Source: Laetmonice hystrix | Lineage: Eukaryota | DNA length: 64,000 bases | NCBI GenBank assembly: GCA_965235115.1 | Contig: OZ249445.1 | Coordinates: 13,392,001-13,456,000 of the forward strand | Reading direction: 5' to 3' | Shown: positions 12,974 to 23,990 of the stretch, piece after piece | Position numbering within the stretch: the first letter of the stretch is position 1 | How the letters are laid out: each line of letters starts with the position of its first letter | Made by a program: the position numbers and the translations under genes | Notes under the pieces: generated by a model | Told to the model about the DNA's origin: nothing | Databases searched by the model: none | The model's input: only the letters and a program-made list of their open reading frames with translations

Positions 12974-13033
12974 GGGTACGGGTGGGGAGGGTACGGGTGG
13001 GGAGGGTACGGGTGGGGAGGGTACGGGTGGGGT
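12974..13033. repeat. 15-bp G-rich tandem repeat x4
   Basis: gggtacgggtgggga repeated four times. Confidence 0.9.
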
Positions 13034-13174
13034 GGAGGGCACATCGATTCGCCAGCCACAGGAGAAAACCGAAGGAAACCCTTCAGTTGACGCACATTCA
13101 GCCTCCCCCTCCAGGGTATTCTACCCCTACCATTTCAACCATCATCTACTCCACTCAGATGGATATTTTTGTAA

Positions 13175-13350
13175 TTCGGGCTTTCCAACTTTCTTTAAAC
13201 TCATAATAATCGATTTCTTTTATATTACTAGAAAGGCACCACTCTTACAATTCTCGCTTGCTCATTTGGTTCGGGCTTTCCAACTTTCCTTACATTCCTA
13301 ATAATTGATTTCCTTCATGTTACTAGAAACACAACTCTTACCATTTTTGC
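13175..13350. repeat. Diverged tandem duplication, period about 95 bp
   Basis: ttcgggctttccaactttc occurs at 13175 and 13270 with similar downstream sequence. Confidence 0.75.
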
Positions 13351-14699
13351 CTGCATATTTAGTCTCTATCCCCATTGTATAAAGATTCACCAGCCAAGAA
13401 CACCACCACCACCACCACCACCACCACCACCTTATCCATGTCCACACCCTTAGTACCGGTCAGAATTCCATGTGAAATATGTGAGTGGGGGCCTTGCTCC
13501 GATTTTCTCAATTACCTCCCAGATTTTATAATTAGACCACCTAACCACAGAATTACCTTCTCGCCTACATCGGATCAACGCTGCCCCTTCTCGGAACCTC
13601 ACCGTATTAGATCCATCACAAATGGGAAGATTCCTGAGGGATTAGGCCCACTAAGCTGATCATTGTCACTCTGGATATGAAGACTAATTTGTCATCAACA
13701 GCGGAAAGCATTACAGTAATCCCACTGCTATAGTGTCTGGTAATGGACTCACTGCGTTAACCCTCTACATCGTTTATTTTGTATGCCTGATGTAAATCTT
13801 TAAATCTTTGGTTATCGTGTGATTAACCATTAACACCCCCTCCCCCCCAACCACCACCACCACCACCTTTGCCCGTTTTCCTTTCCATTAATTAGTGAAA
13901 AGCACGGAAATTCCATACATCATTTATTCTGTTAAATGCTGTCCATCCTATTCAAAACGACAGATCCTGACAGAAATCCGAGCTAGCGAAAATTGCCTGG
14001 TATAATTGTCTTACATACGTAATGGCTATTTTAACTCTGGGTTATAATCCACTGATTGCGATGTCTGAATGATTTCTCCTTTACGGCCGATAATTACATC
14101 TCTATCTCAGTCAAACAGGTATGGAATAGATAGCCTACTATGTGTTTAATATTACCACCTACTTCACAAATATAACTGCTATAAAGAATCTCAACAAAAC
14201 GCTCACCTTGTGTGCTTCAGCAAAGGGCTCCTCACAACAAAGTGACTGAAGCATACATGTTCTAACTTTTCTAAACATGTAAGAGAAGAGGAAGCAACGA
14301 AACGCTGGCTTCAGTTCCTTCAGAATTATAACATAACGCTTCACTGCCCTTCTAATTTAGACGCTCGGTGACGTTAAGATATCACAATGAAGGCGGAGTT
14401 CTCCTTTTCAAGAAATCATACTAGAAGCAAGCCATCCAGGACCAAATGATACACTACATGTACTTTTGTTTTTATTATTTATTTTAATGTCGGAGTGGGA
14501 ATACGCTGAACTTCTGATGAACTGCTTTACAAAATAACCGTTTGTACTTGTACCATATTCTACCACTACCTTCATATTAAATCATGAAGATTATCGTATG
14601 CAAGGTCATATAAATGAGTTCGTATCGCTTAAAAAGTCCGCTGTCACTCACATGTCAGTCTGACAAGGAAGGTCTCTGCTCTCCGTCCTAATGCACTAA

Positions 14700-15050
14700 G
14701 TGGCCCGGCTACGGACAGATACTGTATCGTGCAGGATCATGGGGCAGGTGCCTCAGGGACCCATGGTAATTCGCAGGAGTTTGGGACCCACACTGTCGGT
14801 CTGACCCACCTGACCATTCAGCCGATGGATTGTTTAAACCATTCAGGCAATGCGCTGCTTAAAACGTCCATTTCTGATTGCACCGCCGGGCTCAGACATC
14901 AACGGGGCTGGTCAGTTCAAGAACACTTTCCCAAGGCGGACGGCGACAAGATTGTATAAAGGTTTTCCGGTCGGAGCATGGATTGTCCATCTGTGGGTAG
15001 CGACAGTCTCAAACGTGAATACATTTTTCTGTTGCTAAAGCAAGATGCCT
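14700..15050 (+). pseudogene. Possible pogo/Tigger-type DDE transposase relic
   Basis: THLTIQPMD followed, after a frameshift, by GLFKPFRQ. Together these resemble the pogo motif THLLQPLDVG.FKPFK. Multiple stops; the match is short. Confidence 0.3.
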
Positions 15051-16803
15051 TTCAACAGCACCGAGCTGAAGAATTTCTGTGTCATGCTTTGGTGCCACAA
15101 CGATTTTGATTCTGCTAGAGTTCTGAGGGCTAAAGCAGGTGGCTGAACCATCACTTTATAGACTTTGTTGTAAGTATACTATTTAGATGTACATGCAATT
15201 TTGATCGACCAAATTAACTTCCATTTCTCGCCCTTGATGTCCATATTAAATTAAATTTATTAGTAAATTGCTACTTTCAGTTCCATATGCCCATAGCCAC
15301 TTTGGAATATCGATTTTTCTGGAAGTAAAGTAAATAAAGACTACTACGTAGAAAAAGTCGGACAAACGTAAACAAATTAAGACCACCTAAAGAGCTCACT
15401 GCCACTGGTATTTTACTCATACAGGGTATATACCGTATTTGGCTCTATAATGGTTATAGACCTCATGTTGGGATCGAAAAAGCAAACACTGAATAATAAT
15501 TTTTAACAAAGGTGATTAAAAGAAATGGGCTGTTGTCAAGCGAACTATTCGAATGCCACATATCTCCTGCGGGTGGTGAGGCACAAAATGTCAAGAGAAA
15601 TATAATGAAAACATATCTTTTACTATAAGCATAAAAATGTCTACTCTTATGCCATTAGCATTACGTGTCATGCAGAAGTTTGCCATATATCTCTCATTTC
15701 ATATCCATCAACAACTGAGAGCAGACCAGCACGTGCACTTCATGCCTTCACGTCTACCGAATAAAAATGTCCAAGTTAAATTGAGTAAAACCTCCCGACT
15801 GCTTCATCACTCCGAGTGCCTGGCGTGGGAACCTCTCCAACCGTCTCCATCACTTTATCAATCACAACGTTAGGATGGCAACGCTGCAATCCGGACCAAG
15901 TTTTTTAATGTTCACATTTCATGGATCAATGTCTTCAAATCTTATCAAGATGGATCAGAGGATAGATTACAGCAGTATAAGCCGGACATCCATAATATTA
16001 GCAAAAATAACATCTTGATGGCTTTACCCAGCACGGTTCCACTCCTGAGAACAAGCAGGAAAGTGTTACCAGCAATGAACCAACAATATCTTTTCCCACC
16101 AGTCTATGTTTTATCCCGACTTGTCCGGGACAAGTAAGCGAGGTCTTCTATTAGTGTTAACTGCGCTGTGTCTGGAGGCGGCACTGGCAAGACGGACGGC
16201 CTGACCGAGCAGTTTGCCTCCACTGACAGCCTTGCCATTCTGCCGTCTGATTTACTACATGACCCCTCCACGTACATCTGTATGCGGCACCAGAACCCTA
16301 AAGTCACGGTTCACTCCTGATACTCCTTTGAATATGAGTCTATTTGTCAAGCAGTGGATTTAACTTTGTAGGCATTGATTGAGTCTTTGACTTTCCTTCT
16401 TAAAGGGAATCGATTGGTGCAATGTCACTTATCATACTTCTCAGCTTGGATGCATAGCCTAGGGTCTACAAAACATTTGTTATCACGCAAAGGTAGCTCA
16501 CAGATAACATTAGCATATTGGACTTCTTAAGGTCCTTAATCTCCCAGCTCTGTCACTCCTCCGTGGTGCGTGTGACTACTGGGATAGTCCTAAATCCGCC
16601 CCGCCATACGTGGCAGACAACCCTGAGGTTCCACCTTCAGTGGCAAACAAACTTCTATGTACAACCTGAGATGGCAGACACATCAGTTTCCTCAGATGGC
16701 AGGAGAAAGGAGGACGGAACCCCTATCCTAGCACTGCGCTATGACCACTGACATTAACCCAGGATGTGTATTTATCCTCTCTCATTGTTTGTCTCTCATC
16801 CAG

Positions 16804-17178
16804 GAGATGTCCCGTACGGTTGCTGATGCTGACACCTGGCGGACAGGAGCCAGTACGGCGACAGAAGCCGGAGGACAGGAGCTAGGATGGAGATCCTATC
16901 GACCACTCTCTGTCCCGGACAGTGGACGGTGCGATAAGCTGGTCGTTGTTCACGTGACCAGGCCAGATGAGTGGGCTCGCCTGAGACCAATGTTGGACCG
17001 GAGGCTGACGCGTGTCTGGACCGATACCGACTCTCAGGGGTCCGCCCAGCCTCCATGTCGGGGGCCTCCACCGCCAGGGGAGCAGGGGCCGGGCCTGGAG
17101 ACTCGGCCACCACCACTCACACTGCACACAGTCGTTTTCGTGTTTCCGTTTTTTAAAGAAAAATATATAAAATTATAA
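16804..17178 (+). CDS. Possible terminal exon of an unidentified gene
   Basis: Strong acceptor tcctctctcattgtttgtctctcatccag ending at 16803, then a GC-rich frame open to TAA at 17178 and AT-rich sequence beyond. No recognisable domain. Confidence 0.2.
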   Translation, partial: EMSRTVADADTWRTGASTATEAGGQELGWRSYRPLSVPDSGRCDKLVVVHVTRPDEWARLRPMLDRRLTRVWTDTDSQGSAQPPCRGPPPPGEQGPGLETRPPPLTLHTVVFVFPFFKEKYIKL

Positions 17179-19127
17179 AAACTCTCTAAAACAACACTCT
17201 CTACTTCAAATTCGTAAACATATAAATGACCAGATCAAAGTGAACTAAATGTTCGCTTTGGTTATAATTTCAATCTCCTAATCTTTTACAGATTTCATTA
17301 TTCTAGCCATGTATCCACTTTAAATTTTCTTACTAATATAAATTTACTATTTCTATACCGGTTGCGGCACCACGATTTAAGTTACTGCTGACTTTGGGTT
17401 TTGCTGCCGGAATTCCAATTACTGCAGCATCTGATACTGAACTCTATCATTTCTCTGGATCTTTCAATCTAACACTTTGGGTGATCGGAAACTCTTGCTG
17501 TAAGCGGGGGAGTAAGACACGTTCAGCTAATGTTCGTGTCTGACTAAGCCTGATATTCAATTAATATGTAAGAGCAGATCTACTTTACTGGCTTTTATTC
17601 TATCATGAAACTGGCTACCCGCTGCATTTTGTACTTGCGTTTCTATGGGAACAGCTTCGCATGCCTTTCCATATTTCCTGACATATTAAACGCGAACACA
17701 AGCATGTACTGCGAACATCAATGCCATTCTGTAACATGATGTGTATATTTGCTGTCATTTCAAGGTTTCCAGATGACATGGGAAGTGAATGGCGTTCATT
17801 ACACATTACTTCCCATGATCACAGGCAGCATTCAGCCCCGAGTGAAATCAGACAATGTGATAAACATCTGAGATAATTCCAAAATGGATCATCCTGAACA
17901 AACGTCAAGATGTCAGCAACAGTATAGCTAGGGTACGGTTATACAAGGAACTTATAACACAGGTCAATACATCATAAAACTGTTGTATGTATGTCATCCC
18001 AATGGAAGGGATGCAGTATGCATTGAGAACAAACAAAAAACACAACAAAACAAATTAACAGAGGTAGCCAGCTGACTTGGGCAGATTGAGATGTCAAGCG
18101 CTCCAGTGATGAACAAACGACAAGTTCAGTAGTCAATCGCTAGAATAATGCCAGAGTCTCACACCACCTAATCTCCTCCGGTGGCCCTTAAAGGGATTTT
18201 GGTAAAGCTCGCCATTGACAGCATAATCCGACTACTTAAACAGTAGTGCCATATAAGACTGAAGCATGTAGCTGTGTAGATGCAGTGTGTGTAACTGGTA
18301 GGTTTTCTACGTACACCTCCTCCCGGCCATTGGATCTCATCTCCTAAATGTTGTTTTGGGCGTCTAAAGTCCCTATTCGAGCAGTAATCCCTCATAAAAA
18401 TAAATAAAAGTGAAAGATGCTGTAGTCGGATACAGCCCTGCGGGGTATTGTTGAGGGCTCACACGGGGCATGATTAAAAACAAAAGGTGATCAGATTTGT
18501 TAAGATTACTTAAATAAGAAATCTAATTACACGGTGGGGCAGGATATATGTACAAGGACATGACACAGGATTTACATCGAGCAAGGCCACTCTTTGCGTG
18601 ATTCCTTGATGGCCATTATGTCTGGCGAATTAACTCCCAGTAGGAGCTAGTTTTCGTTTTGTCGTGGATCAACTTCAATTTCTACTGGTGTCAGCGAACT
18701 CCGCAGGTATTGATTCAGACTGGCATGCCAATCAAGCAAGAGTAAAGAGGTTAACAATTCCTACGGGCTTTAAATTAGAACCTTTTGTGTGTTTCCTGTT
18801 CACGATCAGCGCACAACTTCACAGACTATTGAAGCGACATTCCAATAACTTACCGAGTGCGTGGCGTACGCTACAGTTACAGATTTTCACTTGTATCTGT
18901 ATGGAGGCCAACAGACTAGAACTCAGTTATCAGGTGCAATCACATAACGACCACTGGACGACCTTCAATTTGATTTACTCAATCTAATTTAACAATAAAT
19001 CACACCAATTTATTCTAGATGTGATCACCTTCAAACGATTAATCGCTTCAAGTCGGTCCACTTCTCCGACATCGAAATGTAAAAGGACGTTAACATCAAG
19101 AAGATAACAGGAAAGTTATCGACCATG

Positions 19128-20289
19128 TGCATCGCCCAGCTAAGGTGCTCACCTAACCCGCTGTATCGTCCAGCTAAGGTGCTCACCTAACCCGCTGTAT
19201 CGTCCAGCTAAGGTCACCTAACCCGCTGTATCGTCCAGCTAAGGTGCTCACCTAACCCGCTGTATCGTCCAGCTAAGGTGCTCACCTAACCCGCTGTATC
19301 GTCCAGCTAAGGTCACCTAACCCGCTGCATCGCCCAGCTAAGGTGCTCACCTAACCCGCTGTATCGCCCAGCTAAGGTGCTCACCTAACCCGCTGTATCG
19401 TCCAGCTAAGGTCACCTAACCCGCTGTATCGTCCAGCTAAGGTGCTCACCTAACCCGCTGTATCGTCCAGCTAAGGTGCTCACCTAACCCGCTCCATCGC
19501 CCAGCTAAGGTGCTCACCTAACCCGCTCCATCGTCCAGCTAAGGTGCTCACCTAACCCGCTGTATCGTCCAGCTAAGGTGCTCACCTAACCCGCTGTATC
19601 GCCCAGCTAAGGTGCTCACCTCACCCGCTGTATCGCCCAGCTAAGGTCACCTAACCCGCTGTATCGTCCAGCTAAGGTGCTCACCTAACCCGCTGTATCG
19701 TCCAGCTAAGGTGCTCACCTAACCCGCTGTATCGCCCAGCTAAGGTCACCTAACCCGCTGTATCGTCCAGCTAAGGTGCTCACCTAACCCGCTGTATCGT
19801 CCAGCTAAGGTGCTCACCTAACCCGCTGTATCGCCCAGCTAAGGTGCTCACCTAACCCGCTGTATCGTCCAGCTAAGGTCACCTAACCCGCTGTATCGTC
19901 CAGCTAAGGTCACCTAACCCGCTGTATCGTCCAGCTAAGGTGCTCACCTAACCCGCTGTATCGTCCAGCTAAGGTCACCTAACCCGCTGCATCGCCCAGC
20001 TAAGGTGCTCACCTAACCCGCTGTATCGTCCAGCTAAGGTCACCTAACCCGCTGTATCGTCCAGCTAAGGTCACCTAACCCGCTGTATCGTCCAGCTAAG
20101 GTCACCTAACCCGCTGTATCGTCCAGCTAAGGTGCTCACCTAACCCGCTGTATCGTCCAGCTAAGGTCACCTAACCCGCTGCATCGCCCAGCTAAGGTGC
20201 TCACCTAACCCGCTGTATCGTCCAGCTAAGGTCACCTAACCCGCTGTATCGTCCAGCTAAGGTCACCTAACCCGCTGTATCGTCCAGCT
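19128..20289. repeat. Minisatellite of mixed 34-bp and 31-bp units (about 35 units)
   Basis: gtatcgtccagctaaggt(gct)cacctaacccgct; the short variant lacks gct. Confidence 0.95.
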
Positions 20290-20614
20290 CGGTTGACTCC
20301 ACTCCTGGGTCACTGTCATACCAGGTGATGGATCTCATGGCTCCGACCACAGCTATCACTCTCACAGCCGACACTGAATCTCATGGCCATTACTAACAGT
20401 AATGGCAGCCCAAGCTAACGACACCAACATCCTTGCCATGTGGCTGAGGCCAGTGAGGGAGATGGCTGGGTGTGGGAGGACGGGTTGAGCAGGACGGTAA
20501 ATGGAGTACAAGTTTTGCATGAGCTGCATCACTCAGAGATATTTACTCCCTGACTGACATGCCGGACACCGTTCGCAACCGAGTTGGCAACCTAGTACCA
20601 GTCGTTGCCAGAAT

Positions 20615-20629
20615 GTTGCCATTGGCAAC
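20615..20629. promoter_or_regulatory. Candidate RFX X-box
   Basis: GTTGCC-ATT-GGCAAC is a perfect palindrome matching GTNRCC(N0-3)RGYAAC, in a CpG-richer segment. Function not shown. Confidence 0.35.
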
Positions 20630-23600
20630 CGACCTGCCATCTCTAGGCAGGGGTAGTAGCGAAAGGCTGGAGAGCTCCCACTGGGTTACTTAATCACACG
20701 CTAGGGGCGCTCAGGAGGTGGTAACCAACTCCTCCAGGCTGGAGGTCCTCCTGTGAGTGGTGCCGACAGAGTCGATGGCTGTCAATGACGTTGGTCGTTG
20801 ATACTTCACGCCACGTAGCCGAGACCGTCTAGAAGTACCAGGTCGAGTACTAAAGGCCGGCTACGGGATAGTTGAAAACATGGCTGCCCTCATCGACTTC
20901 CTGCACGCTAAATGGTTTTGAGGATAGTTCACCTCATAGACAAGTTGTATACCTATTTTCTACAATCAATCTGGTACGTGTCTATCAGACCATCAACAAT
21001 GATTTGTGCTAGCTTAAGTTAGCCTAAGAAACGACAGAATATCAATAAATGGACACAAACCTGAATGGGCGATGAAAATATGACTCCAATTATGCTGCGA
21101 CTTTATATTTTTTGCGTCTGTTTCAACCGTCATACGGTCTTAAGGAGGCGATAACTTACCTGAAATATCAAATGATACATAATTTAAGTCACGGAATTAA
21201 AAAAAATAGCACAGCCGTGTATTTGTTGTAAATAAATTAAACATTCAGAAAGCTGAGCAATGACCAGCTGGCAATGATCGCGTCCTGATTCAGTAATGTT
21301 TGGAGGCAGTGGTTGCCACCGCAACCATGCCTCAATGAGGCAATGAGATCATGGATTTTGGCACGGCAACCAAGATTTTGATACTGGAGTGTAGAATTTC
21401 AACCCAATCATGTACTCTTCGTCCCTCTGTTTAACAATCCTACCCTAGATAAGAACTGAATTTTGTGGCGACATTATGGTGAAATATTCGACACTTTAAG
21501 CGAGACCAGCTCTGCCATCATAATTCTACAAAGCTCCATCAAATTTCTAATTTGTCTCTCCTTTTTACCTCCGAATGCTTGATGCAGCCGGATACTGACC
21601 TACTTCATCAGTCTTTGGGCACAATCTCTGAAGCCTACATTCTAAGCAAATGGATTTTCCATTTGATTGACTTTTCAGTCGATCAGGCCACTTAACTGGG
21701 CAAACATCCAGGGCATTGCATTCTGCTGAATGTTACAAACACGTTGGCAGGCCATTTAACCTGCCATAACTATGAACAAATGATGCAGAAACCTCCATAA
21801 CATGTGTTAGTGCTGGCTTGGCAACTTTTGCCTGCAGGCTGGGCCAACCTTATCTCAGTTTCCATGGATAATATGACAGACTACTGGGATGATATTTGTT
21901 GTTCATTGACATTCTGAGACAGTCTATGTTTCATTGCCATTTAGATTACCCTTTGATGTATAATATTTCATGTTTTTTTTCGCGACAGGAATCCTGTTTT
22001 CACAGAACAGCTATCGTAGCCATATGAACAATGCGAGATGGGAAAAGTTTCCAACTCCACGGAAGCAGGAACCAAGAATGTTACTTTTTTATTCTTTCAC
22101 TTATTATTGCTTAGGCCATGCCTTTTTTCTATGGTTATCCTTTCCCCAGTAATAACATACGGCATGGGAGTTAACCGCAAATGTTCCCTGGCAGGTGAGA
22201 TGACATATGAGGTCAAGCAAAAATGGCCATTGCCAAATCCACGACCTCATAAATCATGGTGACTGACGAGGTGAAAGAATCACCATGCCCGCCCCATCAC
22301 CTGTTGAATACGGAGGGGGGGGGGGAGGGGGGCTAACGTGTGAGATGTGGCACCTTTAGCCTTACAAAGCTAACAAAATACAACCAGTTTGGCATGCTGC
22401 TGACGTTGTTCTGGAACCAAGCCATTGTGACTATTTAAAACAACTGTCTCCTGTTAAAACAGCGACATTGGTTTCGATGAATTGACATGTACACCAAAAC
22501 TTGAAAGCATTTCCTCCTCCTGTCACATACAAACATGGCAAAACATGACTTAAACTACACACCTTGTTCATAGGGACATTCTCATTCTGGAACTTTGTTC
22601 AATATAATAAATGTAGCTACAGCACTACAGCTAATTCTATCACTTGATACCACTGGGTCTGAAGGAAGCTTTGAACAGTACATCACTACCAACATTTGTC
22701 ATGGAAAAAAGACGGGGTAGTTTAATATAATTAACACCTCTGTCCTGAAATGGTTGTTATTAAGAGCAGCTAATTGCGATAAATTGATTCAGACTACTGG
22801 TTGTAAAACTAGTGTGCATCAATTAGTCATGGCCCAACCTACATAGTAGTAGACGATCATGCGAACTACACATTAACTAGAGGACCAGTATGATGTACCT
22901 GACCAGTGTTCTCATTACGGAAATGACACATTTCTTTCGAAATTCGTTGTAAATGTAGTTGTGTCCAATTCTCAATGAATACTATATACATGTACTCCTC
23001 TCAGTAAAGTGACTAGGAAAATACCTTTCTATCTAAACTACAAATACCCAGGCCATGAAAAAATGTATCTATTACAGTTTTCACGAATTTAGTTTTTGTA
23101 TATAAAAAATCGATCGAATTTCATTTGACAAACGTCTTTCACCCTTCTTATACTGTTTCGAGCACCTGACTCCTCGTACTACTAGCCCTACCCATTCAAT
23201 TTAATAAAATGTTTACTTACAATAACATTGGATTTAACCCAGAGACGATACCCTCATAAGTATCTCCCTCTTCTCATCATCATGAGCTGACATTACAGTA
23301 GTGTACATATCATAAACCTACTCTAAATAACAACTTCCCAAAAACATAAACTCATCATTTCCATAATAAACTACAAGTTCAGCACGATATTTGATTTCCA
23401 TTTGATTCGTACTGACGACCAACACAATGGTAACGACTAATCTGTCACCCTTCAACCATAAAGTTCTATTCCCCTACCAGTGGCAGTGGATCAACCACTC
23501 CATCCAGCCCTGTGCCAAGAGCGGCAGATTCCGTCGAGGGTAGCAGATCAACCCAGAGTACGGACCGCGGCCTGCCTACCGCCGAGATACGGTTCCACTA

Positions 23601-23934
23601 ATGCCTCTCCCGGGCCCCAGTGTTGTGACAGACCTCACAGCGGTTTGTTACCGTCCAAATGGACCACTTTATTATGACCATCGTAAACAGGCACGGACCT
23701 CGGCCACTGGCGCTGGCACATCCCACGACCACCTCCCACTCTGTATTATTGCCAGCCTCCCTCCGCACAATTATCGACCCACAGCACACTCATATTCAGC
23801 TGATTTTCCCATGAAGACGCTAATTACTTCGTACTCGTTGTTTAGTTTAAACCGCCAGACAACTGAAAACTGATAAATCACTTTATTATATGTCGAATGA
23901 TCGGCTGGTAAATATGCTCTATAAAACATCTTAC

Positions 23935-23990
23935 TTTAGGATTTAACAGAACTGTTTCTGTGCGGCATTCAAAATGGCGGCAGCCCCTTA
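23935..23990 (-). promoter_or_regulatory. Candidate promoter / non-coding first exon with YY1-type motif
   Basis: caaaatggcggc at 23970-23981 (gccgccattttg on minus), followed on minus by donor aaa|gtaaga at 23934. Confidence 0.3.

Noticed and set aside
19128-20289. 34/31-bp array as CRISPR
   Set aside because: Head-to-tail units with no spacers, no cas genes and an animal genome.
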